The translations under genes and the position numbers were made by a program. From positions 360,001 through 392,000 of the forward strand of contig NZ_CP026606.1 of NCBI RefSeq assembly GCF_002945325.1: DNA of 32,000 nt. Reading direction: 5' to 3'. This DNA comes from Methanococcus maripaludis. GTDB lineage: Archaea; AGJL01; Methanococci; Methanococcales; Methanococcaceae. Positions 9,558-17,520 of this stretch are shown piece by piece; position 1 is the first letter of the stretch, and each line of letters opens with the position of its first letter. Below the pieces are notes generated by a model, which saw only the letters and a list, made by a program, of their open reading frames with translations, did no database searches and was not told the DNA's origin.

Positions 9558-10988
9558 TTAATTCTGTGAGGAAGTTTTTCCGATTACTTTTCGCTCAGCT
9601 TTAACTTTTTTTGTCGAATCTCTTCTTTTTTCGCCAGATTTTTCCTTTGGAGGCTGATTTCCGCTATTTTTTGGTTTTCCACCAAATGGTTTCCTATCGC
9701 CTTTCCTGTTATCTCGTCTGTCGTCTTTTCCAGCAGGTTTTTTACCAAACGGCTTTCCACCTTTTTTAGAGTCGCCCCGTTTACCCTGTGGTTTTCTGTC
9801 ACCTTGTGACCTTCTATCCCTATCTTGGCCGCCTTTATTGCCAAAACTTCTCGTATCAGGTCTTGGTCTTCTTTTTCTCGTTGGTTCAGGGAATTTTTCT
9901 TTTATTTGGGCTACTTTTTTATTCATGTCTTCAATTAACATGTCAGAAATATCATTTCCAAAAGCATCTGCCCTTATCGCAATTGAAATTTTACAAGAAA
10001 TTGCTCTTGCAATTTTTCCGTGTATCCACCAAGGACTTCCCTGTATAAGCGGGTGCTGGAATATAACCCCGTGTTTTGGAGGTAATGCTCTTTCTCTTAA
10101 GTGTGCAAATAATGCTTTTTCTGCACCGATAACCTGAATTGTTGATGCAGGAAGTCTTAAAAGTCTTTCAATTCCACCTGCAAGGCTTATCAATCTTGCA
10201 CCAAGTGATGCACCTGCAACTTTCGTTAAATTTGGAGCAATTTCATTCATTGAAGTTTCCAAATATTCTTGCAAGCTTTCCCTGTATTCATACATGCTCT
10301 TTATTTCATCTGCAAGGTTTTTCATGATTTTTAAATCAAATTCGGATACATCTGCACCCATTGATTCTTTTGCAGCAAGCGAAATTGTTCTTGCAACGTT
10401 TGAAGGCATCGTTTTTTTAAGTTTTGTTCGAGTATATTCTTCCCTGTCCCCGTATTCGGAAACTAAACTCACATAAATATCGTGTTTCTTAACAATATTG
10501 TCCATTTCAGGAAAGTATAGTGAATACCATTCTCTAAGTCTTTCTGAAAACAAGTTTAGAGTTTCATCAAGGTTATCGAGGGCATTTACGGTTTGAACTA
10601 TCAATTTATCTTTCTGTTCTGATGATTTTTTCATCATCGATTTTGTGAAAGCAGTTGCCCAAACGTTCATTTTCGAAACAAAATCGGATTCATCTTCAAA
10701 AACTTCGTATTTTTGGCCTAATTCATATAAATTATCTCGAATAAGTTCTCCAAGTGGATTTTTAGAAGTAGTATACTCAAAACTAACATCTTCTTCTTCA
10801 ATTTCCCATTCGTTTTTCAATTCAGCGATTATTTCAAAATCGCCCTGTCTCAGCGCATACATTATTTTTGGGATATCCTCGTTTTCAAATATTTTGTAAT
10901 ATTTGATGTCGTCTAATGAATATCCGTCGTTTTTCGAGTTCGCTTCAAGTGCAAATGCTCCAAACGGTGCAAAGGCAATGAATAACAT
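9558..10988 (-). CDS. nop5: Nop5/Nop56/58-related box C/D RNP core protein with long basic low-complexity tail
   Basis: NOP domain (NVARTISLAAKESMGADVSEFDL; GASLGARLISLAGGIERLLRLPASTIQVIGAEKALFAHLR...PPKHGVIFQHPLI); about 115 C-terminal residues rich in K/R/G. Confidence 0.94.
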   Translation of the reverse strand: MLFIAFAPFGAFALEANSKNDGYSLDDIKYYKIFENEDIPKIMYALRQGDFEIIAELKNEWEIEEEDVSFEYTTSKNPLGELIRDNLYELGQKYEVFEDESDFVSKMNVWATAFTKSMMKKSSEQKDKLIVQTVNALDNLDETLNLFSERLREWYSLYFPEMDNIVKKHDIYVSLVSEYGDREEYTRTKLKKTMPSNVARTISLAAKESMGADVSEFDLKIMKNLADEIKSMYEYRESLQEYLETSMNEIAPNLTKVAGASLGARLISLAGGIERLLRLPASTIQVIGAEKALFAHLRERALPPKHGVIFQHPLIQGSPWWIHGKIARAISCKISIAIRADAFGNDISDMLIEDMNKKVAQIKEKFPEPTRKRRPRPDTRSFGNKGGQDRDRRSQGDRKPQGKRGDSKKGGKPFGKKPAGKDDRRDNRKGDRKPFGGKPKNSGNQPPKEKSGEKRRDSTKKVKAERKVIGKTSSQN

Positions 10989-11181
10989 AAAATCACCTAA
11001 AAATTTATAAATCCATGAAAAATGTACTCTTAACTTCTAATCAATCTGAAACTATTTAATCATTCGGGTATTTAATACTACGTAAAACCCGATAAAAAAG
11101 ATTATAAATAATCGCAATTAAATAACTTTAAAAGGATTTTATTGAAGATACTGGATATTTTAATTTTATCAACGTGATATA

Positions 11182-12492
11182 ATGCTCGATTTTAATATTG
11201 AAGGGTTAATTCCAAAAAATATGGAAAAAAGGGGAGAATTAGTACTTAACGAATATTTAAAAGAAATTGAAGACGTATTCAACCATCGGAAAATTCCTGA
11301 AAACGGAATTGATGACGAAAAAATAAAGCTTTTTTTAAAATTTCTATCGATGATGGATACAGATAAAGACCCAAAATCTGTGAGAATAGGGGAAAGGGAA
11401 GCAAGAACATACTCTAAAATTCATGAAGAACTTTCATCAGGATTTTGCCACGGGATTGGAAGAAGTGGAAATTTAGTTGACCCTCAACCAAAAGCATCCG
11501 GGGCTAGTATCATGTACGCCCTTACAAACAAGATACTTGAGAGCTTTTTTAAACAATTGGGGCTAAATGTTCACGCAATTGCAACGCCAATATCAACAGG
11601 AATGTCCATATCATTATGTTTAAGCGCTGCAAGGAAAAAATACGGATCAAACATTGTAATTTACCCTTATGCATCCCACAAAAGCCCAATAAAAGCTGTG
11701 TCATTTGTCGGAATGAATATGAGGCTTGTTGAAACAGTTTTAGATTGCGACCGTGTATACGTTCCAGTTGAAGATATTGAAAATGCGATAAAAAAAGAAA
11801 TTGAACTTGGGAACCGCCCTTGTGTTTTGAGCACTTTGACGTTTTTTCCGCCAAGAAACAGCGATGATATTGTAGAAATTGCAAAAATTTGTGAGAATTA
11901 TGATATTCCACATATTATTAATGGAGCTTATGCAATTCAAAACAATTACTATCTTGAAAAGTTAAAAAAAGCGTTTAAATACAGAGTAGATGCCGTTGTA
12001 AGTTCAAGTGACAAAAATTTATTAACTCCAATTGGTGGCGGATTGGTATATTCAACAGATGCGGAATTTATAAAAGAAATATCACTTTCATACCCTGGAA
12101 GGGCGAGTGCAACACCTGTGGTGAATACATTAGTGTCACTTTTATCCATAGGATCTAAAAACTATCTCGAACTGGTAAAAAACCAGAAAAACAGCAAAAA
12201 ATTGCTTGATGAACTTTTAAATGACTTATCTAAAAAAACTGGCGGAAAATTTTTAGATGTTGAAAGCCCGATTGCATCCTGCATTTCTGTAAATTCAGAT
12301 CCCGTTGAAATTGCCGCAAAACTCTACAATTTAAGAGTAACGGGCCCAAGAGGAATTAAAAAAACAGATCATTTTGGAAACTGTTACTTGGGAACATATA
12401 CTCATGACTATATTGTAATGAACGCTGCAATTGGCGTTAGAACTGAAGATATTGTAAATTCAGTATCCAAACTTGAAAAGATTCTTTTATAA
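11182..12492 (+). CDS. spcS: O-phosphoseryl-tRNA(Sec) selenium transferase (SepSecS, SLA/LP family)
   Basis: PLP-dependent family: GFCHGIGRSGNLVDPQPKASGASIMY, VDAVVSSSDKNLLTPIGGGLVY (PLP lysine region), GPRGIKKTDHFGNCYLGTYTHDYIVMNAAIG. Confidence 0.95.
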   Translation: MLDFNIEGLIPKNMEKRGELVLNEYLKEIEDVFNHRKIPENGIDDEKIKLFLKFLSMMDTDKDPKSVRIGEREARTYSKIHEELSSGFCHGIGRSGNLVDPQPKASGASIMYALTNKILESFFKQLGLNVHAIATPISTGMSISLCLSAARKKYGSNIVIYPYASHKSPIKAVSFVGMNMRLVETVLDCDRVYVPVEDIENAIKKEIELGNRPCVLSTLTFFPPRNSDDIVEIAKICENYDIPHIINGAYAIQNNYYLEKLKKAFKYRVDAVVSSSDKNLLTPIGGGLVYSTDAEFIKEISLSYPGRASATPVVNTLVSLLSIGSKNYLELVKNQKNSKKLLDELLNDLSKKTGGKFLDVESPIASCISVNSDPVEIAAKLYNLRVTGPRGIKKTDHFGNCYLGTYTHDYIVMNAAIGVRTEDIVNSVSKLEKILL

Positions 12493-12506
12493 TTTTTTAA
12501 GGTGTT

Positions 12507-13076
12507 TTGATGATAGGCGTTTCTAAAATGTATTCTGAAATCGTAGAGCTTTCAGGGATTACGGATTTTAAAATTGTAAATCCTTATAAGTCCTACTGTA
12601 ACTGCGAATATCTTCTTATTTCGAAAGGATATCTCGATAAAGTCCATAAATTAAACCCAAATTCCAAAATAATAGAAATAAACTCTGCTACGTTTTTAGA
12701 CCTGATTGAAAGTCTTGAAAAGTTAAAAAATGAAAATATTGGAAATATTGAGTTTATAAACAATTCAATTGAACATTTGAAAAAACTCGATTTTAAAATA
12801 AAAAACGATAATTCTGAATTTGTAAAAAATTTTGAATATAACATCGACTCTGATTCAAAATTTGTAAAAAAAATACTTGATGATTTGGGATTTGAACATA
12901 AAAATGGCAGTACAATTAAAATTATTCCAGATTATAATTTAAAAGAAGATTTGGATTTAAATGATATTATCATTTTAAAAACACACAGATATGATCTCAA
13001 ACTTGTTGAACGAATTGAAAATAGATATATGTCGATATTAAATTCGTTAAATAATATAATCCTCGGAAAAACATAA
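12507..13076 (+). CDS. Hypothetical protein, no family recognised
   Basis: 189 aa ORF 14 bp after spcS, start preceded by aggtg Shine-Dalgarno, typical codon/amino-acid usage. Confidence 0.8.
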   Translation: MMIGVSKMYSEIVELSGITDFKIVNPYKSYCNCEYLLISKGYLDKVHKLNPNSKIIEINSATFLDLIESLEKLKNENIGNIEFINNSIEHLKKLDFKIKNDNSEFVKNFEYNIDSDSKFVKKILDDLGFEHKNGSTIKIIPDYNLKEDLDLNDIIILKTHRYDLKLVERIENRYMSILNSLNNIILGKT

Positions 13077-13152
13077 AAAAGTTATATACTATTTCGTTCA
13101 TATTCTTCTAAGATATATAACTGTAATTAAAATATCAAAAGGTTGTGAGAAC

Positions 13153-13938
13153 ATGGCTATAACAATTGCAGTAGCCTCTGGTAAGGGGGGCACTGGAAAA
13201 ACAACAACCTGTGCTAACTTGGCGGTTGCACTATCCCAATTTGGTAAAGATGTAACTGTAATCGATGCAGATATTGCAATGGCAAATCTGGAACTTATCA
13301 TGGGGATTGAGGGAAAACCAATAACATTAAATGATGTCTTATCGGGGAATGCGGACATTAAAAGTGCAATATACGAAGGACCTGCGGGGGTAAAAGTAGT
13401 TCCGGCAGGAGTTTCGCTTGACAGCTTTAAAAAAGCACGACCTGAAAGACTTCTTGAAGTTCTGAGCAAACTCGATGAACAAAGCGAAGTTCTGCTTATT
13501 GACTGTCCTGCAGGAATAGGTAAAGAAGCACTTACTGCAATTTCAGCCGCAGAACATTTATTAGTTGTTGTAAACCCTGAAATATCATCAATATCTGATG
13601 CTTTAAAAGTTGTATCTATTGCAAACAGGGTAGAAACCAATGTACTCGGTGCAATTATTAACAGGGTGACTGAAGACAGCTCTGAATTAAGTTCAAGGTC
13701 CATTGAAACCATTTTAGAAATACCTATTGTCGGAATTGTTCCTGAAGACACAAACGTTAGGAGAAGTTCCGCTTTTGGCGTTCCTATTGTTCTTAAACAT
13801 AGCGACTCTCCAGCTGCGCAATCAATTATGGAACTTGGTGCAAAATTAGTCGGCAAACAATACATTCCTAAAGAAAAAACAAAAGACTCGTTTGTTAAAA
13901 AATTCTTTAAAGGAATATTTGGGGGTAAGAAAAAATGA
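13153..13938 (+). CDS. minD: MinD/ParA-like ATPase with C-terminal amphipathic membrane-targeting helix
   Basis: Deviant Walker A GKGGTGKTTT, LLIDCPAGIG, basic/hydrophobic C-terminal tail FVKKFFKGIFGGKKK. Confidence 0.92.
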   Translation: MAITIAVASGKGGTGKTTTCANLAVALSQFGKDVTVIDADIAMANLELIMGIEGKPITLNDVLSGNADIKSAIYEGPAGVKVVPAGVSLDSFKKARPERLLEVLSKLDEQSEVLLIDCPAGIGKEALTAISAAEHLLVVVNPEISSISDALKVVSIANRVETNVLGAIINRVTEDSSELSSRSIETILEIPIVGIVPEDTNVRRSSAFGVPIVLKHSDSPAAQSIMELGAKLVGKQYIPKEKTKDSFVKKFFKGIFGGKKK

Positions 13939-14117
13939 ATCTGGATCCGGGCGTACTTACAGTATTAGTCCTAATAAGCATTGTTTTAAACATATTTTTG
14001 TTCATGAAACTCGTTGTTCTCAAAGGCGAACTTGAAGGCATTAAACAATCTACAAGGCTAACTAGCGATGAAGTTAACAAATTGAATGAAAGGCTAAAAA
14101 ATATTAAACTGAGATAA
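13935..14117 (+). CDS. Small single-pass membrane protein with short coiled-coil-like tail
   Basis: 60 aa; ATGA overlap with minD stop; N-terminal TM (VLTVLVLISIVLNIFLFMKLVVL) then heptad-like LKGELEGIKQSTRLTSDEVNKLNERLKNIK. Confidence 0.78.
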   Translation: MNLDPGVLTVLVLISIVLNIFLFMKLVVLKGELEGIKQSTRLTSDEVNKLNERLKNIKLR

Positions 14118-14127
14118 GGTGAAACTT

Positions 14128-14784
14128 ATGAAAAAAATACACTACTTATTTTTTTTAAGTTTACTACTTATCCCAGCAATTAATGCAGCTGAACTTGCCC
14201 CTGACGCAGTTATGGTAAATGACAGCGTTTACCTCGTATTTGACTGGACTGCACCGGAAAACATTGAAAATCTTAGTTTATCAATCGATGCAGACGATAA
14301 TATTATCTTTGAAGAATACGAGTATAATGTAAGTGAAATCAGTGCAAATGAATCCGTATTTAAAATGTTTAAAGGAACGGCTACAGAGATTGGAAATTAC
14401 AAAATTAAGCTTTTAAAAAGATACTTCCAAAATGGAACTTTGATCGGGTCTGTTGAATTCTTTGAACTTTCAGTAGTTCCAGATGCAGGCGTCAGGATTG
14501 TTGAAAAGGTAGTTACTCCTGAAAATTATGAACCTGTGGAAATTTTAGAAACGGAAAATGATACTAAAGAGGAAATTTCAAATACTTCAGAAAATACAAC
14601 AGTAATTAGTTTAGAAGATAAAGATTTAAATAAATCCGAAATTACTGATAAAAATACAACTTCAACAGAAATAGTAACAGAAACCAAAAATGGATTAATT
14701 GGCCCAGGAGGTATATACTATATACTTGGAGGGTTAATCTTAGGTATATTACTCGGTGCAGTTATTGCATACGCAAAAGAATAA
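14128..14784 (+). CDS. Secreted/membrane-anchored hypothetical protein
   Basis: Signal peptide MKKIHYLFFLSLLLIPAINA, ectodomain, C-terminal TM (IYYILGGLILGILLGAVIAYAKE). SD aaggtg lies upstream of ATG 14128; track start 14119 is a GTG overlapping the SD. Confidence 0.75.
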   Translation: MKKIHYLFFLSLLLIPAINAAELAPDAVMVNDSVYLVFDWTAPENIENLSLSIDADDNIIFEEYEYNVSEISANESVFKMFKGTATEIGNYKIKLLKRYFQNGTLIGSVEFFELSVVPDAGVRIVEKVVTPENYEPVEILETENDTKEEISNTSENTTVISLEDKDLNKSEITDKNTTSTEIVTETKNGLIGPGGIYYILGGLILGILLGAVIAYAKE

Positions 14785-14817
14785 TTTACATTTCTTTACT
14801 TTTTTAATGTGATAATG

Positions 14818-15516
14818 ATGATGGTTGCGGTCATTCCGGCATATAACGAAGAAAAAAATATTATCTCTGTTTTAAAGGACTTGAGCGACATAAACATTGA
14901 TGTTGTTGTCGTAGACGATGGAAGTACCGATAAAACAAAAACGATAATTAATGAATTTTTGGAAAAGAACGAATTTAAAAACAAAATATTTCCAATTTTC
15001 AAAGAAAAAAACGAAGGAAAATCAAAAGCACTTGAAGATGGCACAAATTATGCAGTAAATCTAAATTACGATGCCATTGTGTATCTTGATGGCGATTACC
15101 AACACAAACCATCGGATATTATACCGATGTACGAAAAAATGAAATCTGAAAATGCAGATGCCGTTTTTGGAATTAGAAAATACAAACATATTCCATTCCA
15201 CAGGCAGTTTTCAAACTTTCTTGCAAGTGTTATAATGTCGATAACCGTTTCAGTGTTCTCGGGAAATTTCCACATATTTAGAGACATACAGTGCGGATTT
15301 AGAATTATAAAATCTGAATTTTTAAAAAATTCGTATTTTGGCGATGGATACAGTGTTGAACACCTAATCGCACTTCAGTTAGCGAAAAAAAATGCGAAAA
15401 TAACCGAAGAATATGTAACAATTGACTACCACAACGATGCAATTTCATATATTACTACAAAAAAGATACTGGATGTTGTAAAAGAAGTTGCGAAATATGT
15501 TTTATCAAAACACTAA
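14818..15516 (+). CDS. Family 2 glycosyltransferase
   Basis: IPAYNEEKNIISVLKDL, VVVDDGSTDKT, AIVYLDGDYQHKPSDI. Start 14815-14821 ambiguous (ATGATGATG after GTGAT). Confidence 0.88.
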   Translation: MMVAVIPAYNEEKNIISVLKDLSDINIDVVVVDDGSTDKTKTIINEFLEKNEFKNKIFPIFKEKNEGKSKALEDGTNYAVNLNYDAIVYLDGDYQHKPSDIIPMYEKMKSENADAVFGIRKYKHIPFHRQFSNFLASVIMSITVSVFSGNFHIFRDIQCGFRIIKSEFLKNSYFGDGYSVEHLIALQLAKKNAKITEEYVTIDYHNDAISYITTKKILDVVKEVAKYVLSKH

Positions 15517-15520
15517 CTCG

Positions 15521-17053
15521 TTATTTTACTATTTTTCCAGTTATGGACCTTCTTCCATAGCCCGTTACTTTTATATCAACAAATTTTCCAATTTCAACGT
15601 TTTTCTCAGCAATTCCTATCAATATCGGGTAGCTTCCAAACTGCCTTCCAAAATAAAGATCATTTTTCTCCTTAACTTCAACTAGCACATTTTTTAATAT
15701 CGTTTCTGTTGGAAGCATCCTTTTTAACATCGGGTTATCTATTTGGGTTCTTATTTTTTCCTTAAACTTCAAAAATAAATTTTTTCGTTTTTTTGCTTTT
15801 TCAACATCTTTAACTGTTATATCGGTTCCAAAAAATGGAACTACCTGCCGTATATTTATCCGTCTAAGAATATTTTCTGAATCATATATCTCTTTTAAAT
15901 AATCGTAATTTATCTCAAAAGTATCGTTTGATTCCCCTTTTAACCCTGAAAGTAAATTTATCCCTGGAAGAAGATGTGGCATTCCATTTTCCCCCCTTTT
16001 TCCGCCAATTTCATTTAAAATATTAACAGCTTTTAAAACATCTTCTGGTTCAGTTAAAAGGCAGTTTTTTGAAATTACTTTTTCATCAAAACTTTCCACC
16101 CCAAAAGCTGCAACGTTTCCAGGAGTACAGTGTCTTACAAGTATTTTTGCAATTTCTCGCCCCTCTTTTTCATGTCTTGCAATAACAGAAGGGTTTGCAT
16201 TGTCAATATGTAAAACGTCAGGTTTTGAAACTGAAGTTATTCCTTTAAAGAGTTTTTCTATCTCTAAAACATTAGGTACTGGAACATCTGTGTTTTCCAC
16301 ATCTTTTGCCATATATGAAAACATGCAGGGCTGTCTTCCAATTCTAAAATATTTAATTCCGTTTTCATAGAGATTTCTTACTTCTTCAATTATATCTCTC
16401 GAATTTCTAAATTTTGGAGAACCATATCGTCTTGGTTCCGTACAAAAACTACATCCTCCACTAAATGCCCTTGCACAGCCCCGGTATGTCTCAATTTCTG
16501 CAATAATATTTGGATAGTTTGGATGGAGTTTTACAATTTTTGCCCCAATTTTAGCAAACTCATCGAGTTCATCGTAAGTTCTAAGCCTTGTTCCATCTGT
16601 TTTTTCAGGGTTTAGATTGTTTTTTAAAAGATCGTGTAAAACAGCATCTAAATCGCCTTCAGAAATCACGTCAAAGAAATATTTCAAATTTGATTCATCT
16701 TTTATTTTTCCGCCCTCAAGGGATGAACCAAATTTAGTTGCAACAGGGCCACCCAATATCTTTAAACCTTTAAAATTATACAAAATCGATACAAATTCTC
16801 TCAATGTTGCAGGGTTTGCATTTAAGTACTTTCCAGGGGTGTGAAACCCACATATCGCAATAACTACATCGTATCTATTAAAATCATATCCTTTTTTAAG
16901 TTCTTCTCGCAATTTATCGATTGTGATATAATCAACGTCGTGTTTAAATTTGTAAAGAACTCCCGCCGCATATCTTGGATACATTCCAATATATGGCGGA
17001 ACTCCAAGTCCTGCGGGTTCATCCGTATATCCATCAAGAATTAAAAATTTCAT
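15521..17053 (-). CDS. Radical SAM protein with N-terminal B12-binding-like region
   Basis: YRGCARAFSGGCSFCTEP cluster motif (CX7CX2C), N-terminal KFLILDGYTDEPAGLGVPPYIGMYPRYAAGVL; MKFLIL at 17053 fits the domain start better than the 17095 ATG. Confidence 0.83.
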   Translation of the reverse strand: MKFLILDGYTDEPAGLGVPPYIGMYPRYAAGVLYKFKHDVDYITIDKLREELKKGYDFNRYDVVIAICGFHTPGKYLNANPATLREFVSILYNFKGLKILGGPVATKFGSSLEGGKIKDESNLKYFFDVISEGDLDAVLHDLLKNNLNPEKTDGTRLRTYDELDEFAKIGAKIVKLHPNYPNIIAEIETYRGCARAFSGGCSFCTEPRRYGSPKFRNSRDIIEEVRNLYENGIKYFRIGRQPCMFSYMAKDVENTDVPVPNVLEIEKLFKGITSVSKPDVLHIDNANPSVIARHEKEGREIAKILVRHCTPGNVAAFGVESFDEKVISKNCLLTEPEDVLKAVNILNEIGGKRGENGMPHLLPGINLLSGLKGESNDTFEINYDYLKEIYDSENILRRINIRQVVPFFGTDITVKDVEKAKKRKNLFLKFKEKIRTQIDNPMLKRMLPTETILKNVLVEVKEKNDLYFGRQFGSYPILIGIAEKNVEIGKFVDIKVTGYGRRSITGKIVK

Positions 17054-17109
17054 AAAATTCCCTTTTTTAAAATTGAGATTTGAGATATAATGCATATGTT
17101 TAAATTAGA

Positions 17110-17118
17110 TATATAAAA
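17110..17118 (+). promoter_or_regulatory. TATA box-like element upstream of candidate sRNA 17147-17220
   Basis: gatatataaaag, spaced about 30 nt from the sRNA 5' stem. Confidence 0.5.
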
Positions 17119-17146
17119 GATGTTTAAAAAATCTTTTTTAAGTTAC

Positions 17147-17220
17147 GGTCTGTGATGAAAATAACCAGCTCTGAATTAAACTTTCGTTTAATAATGAAGA
17201 ACCGTATGAGCTCTGAGACC
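17147..17220 (+). ncRNA. Candidate box C/D guide sRNA with hairpin in the D'-C' spacer
   Basis: GGTC stem / box C GTGATGA (17152-17158) / guide AAATAACCAGCT / box D' CTGA (17171-17174) / ATTAAAC-TTTC-GTTTAAT hairpin / box C' ATGAAGA (17194-17200) / guide ACCGTATGAGCT / box D CTGA (17213-17216) / GACC stem; AT-rich TATA-like ATATATAAA about 30 bp upstream. Confidence 0.85.
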
Positions 17221-17305
17221 AAAATATAATTTATTTTTTATTTTTATACGTTTAAAAAACAGTTATTTTTATTAACATTAAAAGTTAAAAAATTAAATAT
17301 ATGGG

Positions 17306-17515
17306 GTGGGAGCTTTGGTAGACGATATCAAAATCATATATTTAATGATGATCGGATTTACAATTTTGGGTGTTGGCTTATCTTTTAAATATTATTCAAG
17401 CCTTGATCCTGCTGTAAGATACATTATGCACGTTTTTTACGTCTTTGCACTCATTACTGCAACTTATTTACTTGCAAAGTCGTCAATGCCTGTAGAACAG
17501 CTTGAAGAAGCTTAA
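17306..17515 (+). CDS. Small two-TM membrane protein
   Basis: 69 aa with two hydrophobic segments. Start is GTG 17306 or, with SD ggggtggg, TTG 17315. Confidence 0.75.
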   Translation: MGALVDDIKIIYLMMIGFTILGVGLSFKYYSSLDPAVRYIMHVFYVFALITATYLLAKSSMPVEQLEEA

Positions 17516-17520
17516 TAATT

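Noticed and set aside
9584-9844. 86-aa basic ORF overlapping the Nop5 tail on the same strand in another frame
   Set aside because: Alternative frame of a K/R-rich low-complexity region; no independent SD or domain, and the Nop5 frame is continuous.
11549-11911. 120-aa ORF antisense to SepSecS
   Set aside because: Lies entirely inside a well-conserved gene on the other strand; Q/L/F-rich artefact.
13098-13865. 255-aa ORF antisense to minD
   Set aside because: Fully overlaps minD, which has clear motifs. Its S/P/L/I-rich composition is typical of a reverse-frame shadow ORF.
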